Shown here: positions 16,901 to 24,448 of the stretch, piece after piece
How positions within the stretch are numbered: position 1 is the stretch's first letter
Layout: every line of letters begins with the position of its first letter
Assembly: GCA_036507795.1 (NCBI GenBank)
Contig: DATCIL010000401.1
Coordinates: forward strand, 1-42,822
Direction of reading: 5' to 3'
Source of the DNA: Anaerolineales bacterium
GTDB taxonomy: Bacteria; Chloroflexota; Anaerolineae; Anaerolineales; UBA4823
DNA length: 42,822 nucleotides
Position numbers and translations under genes: made by a program
The notes under the pieces: generated by a model
Databases searched by the model: none
Told to the model about the DNA's origin: nothing
What the model saw: the letters and a program-made list of their open reading frames with translations, nothing else

Positions 16901-17734
16901 GATGAATGCCCAAACGCCCAGCTCCACTCCCACGACCGCAATGGCGCCCAGCGCGACCAGCAGCACTGGGATGGAGAGCGCGCCTTCGATTACGCTATCC
17001 AATGCGCGGCCTAGCTGTCCATTGGACCAACCCGCAGTCAAACCGATGATGCTGCCTAAGAACAGCCGGACGCCGGCGACGATCAAAACCATGATCATGG
17101 TCGGGCGAATGCCCCAGAGTAGCCGGCTTAACAGGTCCCGCCCGAATTCGTCAGAGCCCAGGGGAAAGCCGGGAGTAAAAATCTCAAAAGGCGGCACCTC
17201 CCATTTATCCTTCACCCGGATGATGAGGTTTTCTTCAAGCGGATCGCGGGGCGCCAGGCTGGGCCCGGCGATCCCCAGAAATACGATTATCAAGAACAGG
17301 AAGCTGCCCAAGATCAGGGGCCAATTGCGCCGTCTCTGCGGCAGCAGTTTCTCCATCTCGAACTCGCCCGCCAAAGGTTCAACTTGCTGTGCGGACGGTC
17401 CAGGAACCGGTTTTTCCTGACCTTCCCTGGATACCAGTGGCCGGGTGGGTTTGCTGGCTTGCCCAGGTTGGCGGCTCCCGCTCAATTCTATTTGCTCCAG
17501 GCTTTGCAGCCAGATGAGCGCAGACCGGTTGTCGGGATTTAATTTCAGCGTCCGGCGTAAACAATAAATGGTCTGGTCATCTCTTTCAACCACCTTTGCC
17601 AGCATAAACCAGGCCTGTTCGTTGGTAGGTTCGCCCTTGACCAGGCCGGCGAGGAGATTGCGCGCTCGCTCGATGTCATTCTGCCGGATCGCCTCGCGGG
17701 CTGCGGCAAGACCTGGTTCGCCGTGCTCAGACAT
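13901..17734 (-). CDS. 1277-aa fusion: N-terminal TPR, OppC/DppC-type ABC permease, extra TM anchor, and a large extracytoplasmic PQQ-like beta-propeller region (internally duplicated)
   Basis: TPR-like NEQAWFMLAKVVERDDQTIYCLRRTLKLNPDN. Permease core PLGSDEFGRDLLSRLLWG ... YVEAAHALGASNHQIVAGHVLKQI (EAA-type loop). After an anchor at about residues 460-480, repeated motifs appear, e.g. G-x-LYA-x-D and GFVQAVS..G..LW. Confidence 0.85.
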   Translation of the reverse strand: MSEHGEPGLAAAREAIRQNDIERARNLLAGLVKGEPTNEQAWFMLAKVVERDDQTIYCLRRTLKLNPDNRSALIWLQSLEQIELSGSRQPGQASKPTRPLVSREGQEKPVPGPSAQQVEPLAGEFEMEKLLPQRRRNWPLILGSFLFLIIVFLGIAGPSLAPRDPLEENLIIRVKDKWEVPPFEIFTPGFPLGSDEFGRDLLSRLLWGIRPTMIMVLIVAGVRLFLGSIIGLTAGWSNGQLGRALDSVIEGALSIPVLLVALGAIAVVGVELGVWAFIIGLSVTGWVETAQQVREQTRITKGQIYVEAAHALGASNHQIVAGHVLKQITPMMVMLFAFELSSTLMTTAGLGFLGYYIGGDVWVNVSDFVARRISGTPELGQMLATSWVRLTEPWAMVAVGSTIFTAVLGFNLLGEGFRQTMNLAAVRRRGLVARVSQRANFWLEQNVWYPLSIITRKPAVKAAVGGMIVLAVSIAAGRWLWPQIQSQLAGQERVPTQLVAQNPGTSGQNQATAGGRATPDSSETQPAIQTPEAQQLEAQVAWEFVDEAGFKGGPVLAPGEDQFFIASAGGTFYAFNFEGEMQWQTEMPAGAIGAPALSADGTLYISDNDGGLAAAAPGDGLIWHFQSEAGSQGVAAPVLARDGRAFYTVISGSKGFVQAVSPQGEGLWVTQAETPSFYEAPRVSADERFVFLKNDVFDAQTGDLLKFESDLKILRYFPGQDGRDYLLAGNNVINWQLNGNTVEVVDIAEWGTGSRSEAVAPSQVGVRQDGTAWLFYTTPGGNSSIVWVTLEDEFVGNNRLAPSRGQMIAMRDDLTAYICGGKSFNEEFTHCGAVTPDGHDPLWELQLGNHGPVQGGFWKDGKLILSTLDGTLFAIDEATESIRASESASPGLQWTVEFDEEITLGPFHPFLDDLSEMKIYLFSEDHTAYAVNSAGKLIYATDMPAWFFSAERGQDDYLPPFIFADGTVVIVAEETLVYALDPLGEVAWEETLDAEPYRWSYDSKGLYLTDTAAGLYVFTSQGLKWKFRSPAGQRSASGSVRGPEGNIYYTVTPSSRGFVQAVSADGAALWATEARTGNFYHTPQVSPDGKLVFLKDDVFDAETGALLDVEVPFRVDEYLMGEDGNLYLRSDHTVVQWQYGEAGFEVLNTISWNHSQFSSSPPFFAWIDEEGLVSLVYRAGQVWLNPKGEVVAIQRSPGSSSTLQRFDPETQIVSECKWQIGGILVCSAFKAGSNQPLWEVEIAGVPRIDFRNAIWTENDLYVLADNKLQNFFLDLPE

Positions 17735-18710
17735 TGAGCTCCTCCTGCCCGGCCTCGCGCAGGCGAGGATCGAAGATTCTGACCAGAATGGCAGCGCAGA
17801 AATCGGTGATTAAGAAAAGGGCGGCGATGACCGTCAGCACCAGGGACATCACCGGTGGGTTGAGGAACAGCGGGGAACCGGCGCTGCTGGTTAATTGCGG
17901 CGGCACCAGTGTCCAGGCCAGCAAGCGACCTAAGCCCGGCCACCTGAACAGCCACTCGATCAGCACCAGCTCTCCAACCAGCAAGCGCAGCATCCCGGCG
18001 AAAGTGAGGATGACCGGAGCAAGGACATTCCGCAGGGCAAAATTGTTGCGGATCGAACGCCAGGTATAACCCAAACTCCGGGCAGAGACCACATACTGTT
18101 TGCTGAGCTCACCGGAGAGTAACCCCGCGGTAATCTGGGCGATCTGAACGGTCGGCCTGGCCATCAGCGCCAGGGTTGGAAACACCAGGTGCGCATCCCA
18201 GCCAAATCCGTCCAACGGCAAGGGAAGCTGCGTGCCAGGTCCCCGCCAGAGCAGGTAGAAGATGGAGACCATGATGAATAAGCTGCCGATGTAAAAGCTG
18301 GGCATGGCCAGCCCGACCGTTGATAGAAAAGTGAGCCAGCGCGCCACACCAGGGGGGTCATTGTGAACGGCTCGATAACCGATCACGAGTCCAGCCAGAA
18401 GGCTGAGCAAAAAGGCGACTCCGAGTAGTCCGAGGCTCGCCTGGGTGGCGTTAAAGAGGGTCTTGCCCATCTCAACCGGGCCGGAACGGGCGCCAGGTAC
18501 GCTCAGCTGCAGGCCGAAGTCCAGGTTAAGCAGGGTTTGGACATAGTCGCCGTAGGACGGGAGCAGCGGACCGCCTTCGACAGCCTGCACGTAGGGAGTG
18601 CGGGCGGCTCGAATAGGGCGAGCATAGTGCGCATAGGCGAAACCCAAGAAGTTCACCAGGGTCAGCGCGATCGGGATGAGCGTCAGTCTGCGGAGGATAA
18701 ATCTGAGCAT
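17727..18710 (-). CDS. OppB/DppB-type ABC transporter permease
   Basis: The MLRFILRRLTLIPIAL N-terminus is typical of OppB, there are 6 TM segments, and YVVSARSLGYTWRSI is an EAA-like loop. It overlaps the downstream fusion gene by 8 nt (ATGTCTGA). The track ORF extends to 18728. Confidence 0.88.
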   Translation of the reverse strand: MLRFILRRLTLIPIALTLVNFLGFAYAHYARPIRAARTPYVQAVEGGPLLPSYGDYVQTLLNLDFGLQLSVPGARSGPVEMGKTLFNATQASLGLLGVAFLLSLLAGLVIGYRAVHNDPPGVARWLTFLSTVGLAMPSFYIGSLFIMVSIFYLLWRGPGTQLPLPLDGFGWDAHLVFPTLALMARPTVQIAQITAGLLSGELSKQYVVSARSLGYTWRSIRNNFALRNVLAPVILTFAGMLRLLVGELVLIEWLFRWPGLGRLLAWTLVPPQLTSSAGSPLFLNPPVMSLVLTVIAALFLITDFCAAILVRIFDPRLREAGQEELNV

Positions 18711-18758
18711 ATGAGAGCAGTTTACCAAAAAGATTTAAAGATTGTATGAAGAAATGTA

Positions 18759-18788
18759 GGGGCACGGCGCATTAATGCGCCGTGCCCC
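18759..18788. promoter_or_regulatory. Perfect 30-nt GC-rich palindrome (operator, attenuator or terminator candidate)
   Basis: ggggcacggcgcatt|aatgcgccgtgcccc is an exact reverse-complement pair. It lies 30-48 nt upstream of the OppB start. On the minus strand it is followed by a T-rich stretch. Confidence 0.45.
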
Positions 18789-18931
18789 CTGATCCACCGG
18801 CCCCCTTACAAATCTGCAAACTATATTGTGAAATACCCGTTTCCCGCACCGAATATGGTATAATTAAAGTAGAGGACAAACCCGATCACCACGTCACAGA
18901 CCACTGCAAATGTGCAAAATCAGCCTCGTCT

Positions 18932-18966
18932 ATCCTGTATCTTGCATCCTGCATCCTCCATCCGCC
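18932..18966. repeat. Heptamer tandem repeat, ATCCTGC type x5
   Basis: atcctgt atcttgc atcctgc atcctcc atccgcc. Confidence 0.85.
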
Positions 18967-19225
18967 CATTCGTTCCTCAAAAAAAGTGAATTCGAAAAAC
19001 GAACCAACCTCGACCAACCTTCAACCTTACGCCCATTCGTTCCTCGAAAAAAACGCAACAAATCTTTTTTTACCCAAAATCTTATGTAAACTCAACCTCG
19101 CGGACCTTTTTATCCTCCATCATCCATTCGTTCCCGGAAAAAAACGTTTCAAATCTTTTTTTACTCAAAATCTTATGTAAACCCAACCTCGCGGACCTTT
19201 GTATCCTCCGTCATCCATTCCCATC
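18966..19225. repeat. 91-bp tandem direct repeat: two full units (19033-19123 and 19124-19214, ~90% identical), a 67-nt partial unit before them and a short partial unit after
   Basis: Each unit starts ccattcgttcc and contains gaaaaaaacg..aaatcttttttt..aaaatcttatgtaaac..caacctcgcggaccttt. I count 9 mismatches in 91 between the full units. Confidence 0.9.
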
Positions 19226-19247
19226 TTCGACCTTCCAACCTTCAACT

Positions 19248-19287
19248 GATCGCCTGACCGCCTAATCGCCTAGTTGCCTAATTGCCT
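19248..19287. repeat. Octamer tandem repeat, NNNYGCCT x5
   Basis: gatcgcct gaccgcct aatcgcct agttgcct aattgcct. It ends 2 nt before the aldehyde dehydrogenase stop codon. Confidence 0.85.
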
Positions 19288-19289
19288 TT

Positions 19290-20684
19290 TCACTCCGTCT
19301 GGCTCTTCTCGCTGCCTCCATCTCCAATCCACACGGTTTTGATGTTGACGAATTCGCGGATGCCGAACTCGCCCAATTCCCGACCGTAGCCGGATTCCTT
19401 TACGCCGCCGAAGGGCAGCCGCGGGTCCGATGCGACCATGCCGTTGATGAACACCTGCCCTGCCTGGACATCATCGATAAAGCGCACCTGTTCACCTTCA
19501 TCTTCCGTCCAGGCCGCCGAACCCAGGCCATAGATCGTATCATTTGCAACGCGGATAGCTTCATCGATGTTCGCCGCCCGGAAAAGTGCGGCCACCGGCC
19601 CAAAAAGCTCTTCCCGGTAGGCCGGAGAGTCGGCCGGGATGTCTGCCAAAACCGTCGGCGGGTAGTAATAGCCCGGGCGGTCCAATGGCTCGCCGCCCAG
19701 CAGGACCCTGGCGCCCATCTCAACCGATCTGCGCACCTGTTCGTCCAGCCCCTCCAGGATATCCCTGGTCGCAAGCGGTCCGATTTCGACAGCGTCATCC
19801 ATCGGGTCACCCACGCTCAGAGATTGCATCCGTTCCACGAATTGGCTCTCGAACCGGTCATAAATATCCTCATGCACGATGAAGCGCTTGGCGGCGATGC
19901 AGGATTGGCCGTTGTTAATCGTCCGGGCGGTCACGGCGGTGCTCAACGCCCGGTTGAATTCAGCGCTGGGCATGATAATGAATGGGTCGCTGCCACCCAG
20001 CTCGAGGACGGATTTCTTGATCTGCTTACCCGCCTGGCTGGCAACGGCTTTGCCAGCGGGGGTGCTGCCGGTAAGCGTGACAGCCATTACGCGGTCATCC
20101 TCAATAACCTTCTCGACCTTATCCGAGCCAATCAGCAGAGTTTGGAAGGCGCTGTCCGGAAAACCGGCTTCCAGGAAGATATCCTCGATTGCCAGGGCGC
20201 ACTGGGGCACGTTGGAGGCATGTTTGAGCAGGCCAACGTTGCCTGCCATCAGCGCTGGGGCTGCGAAGCGGAATACCTGCCAGAATGGAAAGTTCCAAGG
20301 CATAATGGCCAGCACCGGACCGAGAGCCTGGTACTTGATGTAACTGCGCCGGGCATTGGTTTCCACTGGCTCATCAGCCAGGAAGCGTTCGGCGTTCTCG
20401 GCGTAGTAGCGACAAACCCAGGCGCACTTCTCGGCCTCGGCAATGGCCGCTTTAATCGGTTTACCCATCTCGCTGGTCATCAGCCGGGCAAACCTCCCTT
20501 TGTCCGTCTCTAAAATCCCCGCAGCGCGCTCCATCCACGTGGCACGGTTTAAGAACGTGGTTTTGTGATAGCTCTGAAAAGTCTCCAGCGCATCTTGTAG
20601 AGCCTGATCGATCTGGGAATCCGTAAATGCGTCAAACTCCTTGATCACTTCCTCGGTTGCAGGATTAATGCTCCTCAGAGTCAT
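19290..20684 (-). CDS. NAD(P)-dependent aldehyde dehydrogenase, succinate-semialdehyde dehydrogenase-like
   Basis: The SINPATEEVIKEF N-terminus, ELGGSDPFII (catalytic Glu) and GQSCIAAKRFIV (catalytic Cys). Length is 464 aa. Confidence 0.9.
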   Translation of the reverse strand: MTLRSINPATEEVIKEFDAFTDSQIDQALQDALETFQSYHKTTFLNRATWMERAAGILETDKGRFARLMTSEMGKPIKAAIAEAEKCAWVCRYYAENAERFLADEPVETNARRSYIKYQALGPVLAIMPWNFPFWQVFRFAAPALMAGNVGLLKHASNVPQCALAIEDIFLEAGFPDSAFQTLLIGSDKVEKVIEDDRVMAVTLTGSTPAGKAVASQAGKQIKKSVLELGGSDPFIIMPSAEFNRALSTAVTARTINNGQSCIAAKRFIVHEDIYDRFESQFVERMQSLSVGDPMDDAVEIGPLATRDILEGLDEQVRRSVEMGARVLLGGEPLDRPGYYYPPTVLADIPADSPAYREELFGPVAALFRAANIDEAIRVANDTIYGLGSAAWTEDEGEQVRFIDDVQAGQVFINGMVASDPRLPFGGVKESGYGRELGEFGIREFVNIKTVWIGDGGSEKSQTE

Positions 20685-20765
20685 GGTATTCTTCCTTTCC
20701 TATTAAGCTCCATTCACACGATCCGATACTGGATAAACATTGGCTCAATACTCGCTCTCGCCTGA

Positions 20766-20794
20766 GTCATTCTTATGACCGTCATTCTTATGAC
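20766..20794. promoter_or_regulatory. Two tandem copies of the palindrome GTCAT-TCTT-ATGAC (candidate operator)
   Basis: gtcattcttatgac c gtcattcttatgac. It lies 82-110 nt upstream of the aldehyde dehydrogenase start, in a 510-nt divergent intergenic region. Confidence 0.4.
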
Positions 20795-20986
20795 CGTCCT
20801 CGGCGGCGGATCCTGCACGCTTCGACGCAGCCGCGCGGGCACTGGGAGCAATCGGGCGCCAGAATTTAGATAATTCTTGTCAAGTTAATTCTATCACGGT
20901 CTTTCTGGCCTGCCGGCGGGCGCAATCTCCCTACACAATTTTGGGACTGCTTTGCCGCCCGCAAGGCCTGGGTGGCTCCCGAAAAA

Positions 20987-21170
20987 CTGTCATTGCGAGC
21001 GAAGCCCAGCAGCGCTCGTAAGCTGAATTCTCATCCAGCCGCTGCCGCAGTCTTCCTCCACGGAGGAGATTGCTTCAGTCGCTCCGCTCCTTCGCAATGA
21101 CAGTTTCCTCGGGGAGGAGGAGCGCTGGCGCAGTGGAGTTACTCGCAATGGCAAAAAGAGAATTGCTGGG
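20987..21170. repeat. Second, rearranged copy of the CATTGCGAGCG palindromic element family
   Basis: ctgtcattgcgagcgaag ... cttcgcaatgacag are inverted termini (20987-21103), with internal ggagattgcttc. A further actcgcaatgg..gagaattgctgg piece matches the reverse complement of the left end of the element at 8224. Confidence 0.55.
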
Positions 21171-21223
21171 TATTTGTTGGAGCTATTAGGCGAAAGTTGG
21201 TAAAATCGGTACAGAATACTGCT

Positions 21224-21868
21224 ATGAACGGTGGATTGGTGCTTGTGAGAGCGTTGAGTTATTCTCGAAACAGCAACGAAGATTGGTTAATCTGGGTGGT
21301 CGTAACCGGGATGAGCTGGGTGGTCGGCCTGTTGGCGGCGGCAGTTATCGCTCAGGGCGTCTCGATCGGGGTGCCTATTGTCGTTCGGTTGGCGGGCGGA
21401 TTTATTGTCGGCGGCGCTATGATCGGGTTGACGCAGTGGACGTTTCTTCAGCCAGAGGCGCGCACTGGACGGATTTGGATGCTGGCGACCATTACCGGTT
21501 GGACTCTGGGATTGCTGGTCACGCTTTTTGTCGCCAGGTTTGCCAACTTGTTGGTAGTAAGCCTGTTGGGCGGTGCTTCCGGCGGTCTCATATTTGGCCT
21601 TGCCCAGTGGCTGGTGATTATTCCCAAGGTGCGCGGGCGCGGCGACTGGCTACTGATGACCATCTCGTCGTGGACCGCGGCGCTTACTTTGGGATCGCTC
21701 ATCGTCCGGAAATCTCAGCCGCTCAACATCCGGCCCGATTTTGCAATTGTTGGTTCGTCTGGCGTCCTGGGATGGGTGTTTATCGTCCTGGTGAGTGGGA
21801 TATTCTTGATCTTCTTTTTTCCCAAGCCGGACAACCATCCTTTCAGCGGAGGCGATTGGTGGCCTTAA
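21224..21868 (+). CDS. Membrane protein with an internally repeated TM-hairpin unit (W-x7-W...G-x3-G-x2-QW motif)
   Basis: The repeats GFIVGGAMIGLTQWTFL and SGGLIFGLAQWLVI each follow a W-rich helix. The start is uncertain (TTG at 21197 or ATG at 21224). Confidence 0.6.
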   Translation: MNGGLVLVRALSYSRNSNEDWLIWVVVTGMSWVVGLLAAAVIAQGVSIGVPIVVRLAGGFIVGGAMIGLTQWTFLQPEARTGRIWMLATITGWTLGLLVTLFVARFANLLVVSLLGGASGGLIFGLAQWLVIIPKVRGRGDWLLMTISSWTAALTLGSLIVRKSQPLNIRPDFAIVGSSGVLGWVFIVLVSGIFLIFFFPKPDNHPFSGGDWWP

Positions 21869-21888
21869 TTGATGGAGGTTTTCAGTAA

Positions 21889-22122
21889 ATGGATGAGATG
21901 GCTTTTCCTCTACCCGCTCAGAACAATCCGCAACAGGTTCCCATGATTTATGTGCGCGAAGATCCCGAGTGGGAGTACAGGCGTGTTGTCCGCAATTTGG
22001 CCAAGGAGAACCCTCCCACTGAGGAGGAATTAAACGCACTGGGTAAAGACGGTTGGGAGATGGCTGCGGCCTTCAGCGATTCCCCCTTTGCTTACTTCTA
22101 TTTCAAGAGAATGGTTTCGTAA
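21889..22122 (+). CDS. Small soluble protein, DUF4177-like
   Basis: WEYRRVV ... LNALGKDGWEMAAAF ... YFYFKR resembles the DUF4177 pattern. This is from memory only. Confidence 0.55.
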   Translation: MDEMAFPLPAQNNPQQVPMIYVREDPEWEYRRVVRNLAKENPPTEEELNALGKDGWEMAAAFSDSPFAYFYFKRMVS

Positions 22123-22123
22123 T

Positions 22124-22390
22124 TTAGGCGTTGAACCGGTAGCTCAGAAACCCAACCAGGATGGAGAGCACCCCGACAAAAAGCGCCAATCCTGCGAAGG
22201 GATAAACCTGTGGGTAACCGGAGATGGATAACGCCCACAGCACCACCGCGCCAAAAATTGCGACTGCAAAACCAAACCAGGCCAGCTTCATTCCGGCAGT
22301 GATAGCCAGGCTGGTCAGCTGATGCCCGCAGCGGCTGCATGTCTCGGCTTCATCCGAATTCAATCCCCGGCAAATAATACACCTCTTCAT
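22124..22390 (-). CDS. Zinc-ribbon membrane protein
   Basis: MKRCIICRG-x9-CSRCGH is a CxxC..CxxC ribbon, followed by 2 TM helices. I place the start at 22390, after GAGGAGG. The track ORF extends to 22429. Confidence 0.6.
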   Translation of the reverse strand: MKRCIICRGLNSDEAETCSRCGHQLTSLAITAGMKLAWFGFAVAIFGAVVLWALSISGYPQVYPFAGLALFVGVLSILVGFLSYRFNA

Positions 22391-22473
22391 GACGACCTCC
22401 TCAATACATTGGTCACAATCGTTCTCCATTAACCATTATAGAGGAGTTCGTGAAGGATGTCACGTGATAAACA

Positions 22474-22968
22474 TCACAATTTTTGCAGAATCGTACGAAG
22501 CCTTTTGCGCGCTTCCTCGAGCTTAATTCCAAAACAAGCGGCCCATTCCGATAAGAGGCGGTCGGTAAACCGGTTCAGGGCGCGCTCTTCTGAATCGTTG
22601 AGCCTGGATTGCTTCTGGCGCGCGGTAAGATCCCGCACGATGCGAGCCATGGCGGCCAGAGTGCCGTCTTCCTTGACCCGGTTGATGCGGCTTTTGCGCT
22701 CGGTATGATCATCGCTCATCTGGCGCGGATTTCGCTTCAAGATATTCAACACTTCCTGAATCTCTTGCCGGCTGGCAATCCGGCGAATCCGCACGTTATC
22801 GACCTGCTTGACTGGCACCCAAAAGGTGCAATCTTTAGTTTTGACTTTGAAGTATGAAACGGTTTCCCCCTCCAGGTATTTCTTTTCTACGCCCACGATT
22901 TGCCCAACTCCATGATAAAGGTGGACAATCCAATCCCCTCTGGCGTACTCGAGGTTTTTGACTTTCAT
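22474..22968 (-). CDS. carD: CarD/CdnL-family RNA-polymerase-binding transcription regulator
   Basis: GDWIVHLYHGVGQIVGVE...YFKV... is a Tudor-like RNAP-interacting N-domain, followed by a helical C-domain. Length is 164 aa. Confidence 0.88.
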   Translation of the reverse strand: MKVKNLEYARGDWIVHLYHGVGQIVGVEKKYLEGETVSYFKVKTKDCTFWVPVKQVDNVRIRRIASRQEIQEVLNILKRNPRQMSDDHTERKSRINRVKEDGTLAAMARIVRDLTARQKQSRLNDSEERALNRFTDRLLSEWAACFGIKLEEARKRLRTILQKL

Positions 22969-23052
22969 TGTTGAACTCCTTACCGCTAGACCAGGAAGGA
23001 CCCGTCGTGTGCTGGAGGCGAACTGCTCATCCGCTCGCTGTGAATTACCCGT

Positions 23053-23400
23053 TCACGACCTCCTTTCCAGCTGTTCTTGACAGTGAATGCAAAGGGAAGC
23101 CTGCGGCATCGCTTTCAACCGGCCAGGCGAGATATCGCGGCCGCAGTTTGTGCACTTGCCGTAAGTACCCTGCTCCAACCGCTTGATTGCATTTTCAACC
23201 AGATTCAACTGATCCGCAAGCCGGTCAATCAACGCCGACCGGCGTTGGCCGAAATCGTAGGAGTGGGCCAGGTCGGTACGATCGGGGTTAATCGTCCCGG
23301 CGCGGGAGTTCTCTTCTGCCTCGGAAATCTGCGCCTGTAATTCCGCGCGCATGTTCTCCAGATCGCGGCGAATGTCCCCCAAGTCCAGATTCTCATTCAT
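23053..23400 (-). CDS. DksA/TraR-family C4 zinc-finger protein
   Basis: Coiled-coil N-terminal half, then GTYGKCTNCGRDISPGRLKAMPQASLCIHC (CxxC-x17-CxxC). I prefer the ATG at 23400 over the TTG at 23430. Confidence 0.82.
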   Translation of the reverse strand: MNENLDLGDIRRDLENMRAELQAQISEAEENSRAGTINPDRTDLAHSYDFGQRRSALIDRLADQLNLVENAIKRLEQGTYGKCTNCGRDISPGRLKAMPQASLCIHCQEQLERRS

Positions 23401-23588
23401 CGGACTAAATGCCTCCTTGCTACTTCTCAATAGGAAGGGGTTCCGTCCACTTATTGAGAAGGTACGCTCCTTTCGCTTCTACCCTAATTTTACCTCTTGG
23501 ACAGCAGTCCTCAGATTAATATTCGAGAGACTCTTGGGGATTTACCACGGCGATCCCCAACGAGCCATTCAAGAGCCGAAGGCCAGTA

Positions 23589-24404
23589 CTATTTCAGATA
23601 GGCAGGTAAATCCTTCAACCATTTGCGGACCTGCCGTGGAGAATCCAGGCGGCAATCAGCTCTAGAAATTCGGCTCTCAGGCGCAACCATCATGGCAAGG
23701 CCGCCTCGCTCTTGAATGATCTCAAAAGCCTCCTCGTCCTTATCGTCATCACCGATATAGATGTAAAGAGCGTCTTCCCATGCCTCTTTCTCCAGGATAT
23801 ATTTTACCGCTTTGCCTTTATTGGCGAGCCTTGGGCCGATCTCGAGGAATTTGTGCCCACCCAGGATGCGGAATATACTGCTTTTGAAGGCATCTTCTGC
23901 AACCTCGAGAGCCCTTGAGAGAACCTGCTCCGCTTCATCATCTGGCGCATCTTTGGCGTGGATTGCCAGCGACCAGCCCTTATCTTCCAGGAAGAATCCC
24001 TGCCGGCCGGAGAGCAAACTCTCCCATTGCGGCTTTATCTTCTCCAGGGTTGGGCGGATGGTCTCGTAATCCAGCCGGTTGAACTGCCCGCCTGAGGCAG
24101 GTAGGATTTCGACTCCATAGGTGCCTGTCAGGAGTATCCCATCTAAAGGAAGCAGAGCTCGGACGTGCTCAAGACGTCGCCCGCTGACTACGGCCACGCG
24201 GATATTTTTCTGTTGCTTCAATTTATCGAGCAGTTCCAGCACTTCCGGACTGGGTGCAACATAATCCGGGGTGGGTGCGAAATCGGCCAGTGTTCCGTCG
24301 TAATCCAGAAACAACCACACGCGCTCAGCCTGTCTCAGTTTACTGACAATGTGTTCAGCGGAACAATGTGGAACTGCTGCTAACTCCTGCTCCTCCGGGT
24401 TCAT
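23589..24404 (-). CDS. otsB: Trehalose-6-phosphate phosphatase (HAD family, OtsB-like)
   Basis: The FLDYDGTLADFAPTPD motif I, VSGR motif II, and KG/GDDDKDE motifs III/IV. Confidence 0.85.
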   Translation of the reverse strand: MNPEEQELAAVPHCSAEHIVSKLRQAERVWLFLDYDGTLADFAPTPDYVAPSPEVLELLDKLKQQKNIRVAVVSGRRLEHVRALLPLDGILLTGTYGVEILPASGGQFNRLDYETIRPTLEKIKPQWESLLSGRQGFFLEDKGWSLAIHAKDAPDDEAEQVLSRALEVAEDAFKSSIFRILGGHKFLEIGPRLANKGKAVKYILEKEAWEDALYIYIGDDDKDEEAFEIIQERGGLAMMVAPESRISRADCRLDSPRQVRKWLKDLPAYLK

Positions 24405-24420
24405 CTGAACTTCCTTCTCT

Positions 24421-24448
24421 CACGTTTCACGCTTCACGTTTCATTAAT
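24421..24448. repeat. Heptamer tandem repeat, CACGYTT x3-4
   Basis: cacgttt cacgctt cacgttt cattaat. It encodes the last residues (MKREA) and the stop of the GT4 gene inside an operon. Confidence 0.8.

Noticed and set aside
18850-18865. Extended -10-like TGGTATAAT on the plus strand inside the repeat-rich spacer
   Set aside because: There is no convincing -35 element. It points antisense to both flanking genes with no downstream ORF or obvious structured RNA. It cannot be supported without transcript data.
18966-19225. Possible CRISPR array
   Set aside because: The 91-bp units are directly contiguous with no unique spacers. They are far longer than CRISPR repeats, and there are no cas genes in the window.
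21283-21888. 201-aa alternative-frame ORF overlapping the membrane protein gene
   Set aside because: It is an Arg/Gly-rich out-of-frame product. The 21224 frame gives coherent TM helices with repeated motifs.
23534-23560. 8-bp hairpin (ttggggat/atccccaa) downstream of otsB
   Set aside because: The stem is short, the loop is 11 nt, and no U-tract follows on the transcribed strand. This is too weak to call a terminator.
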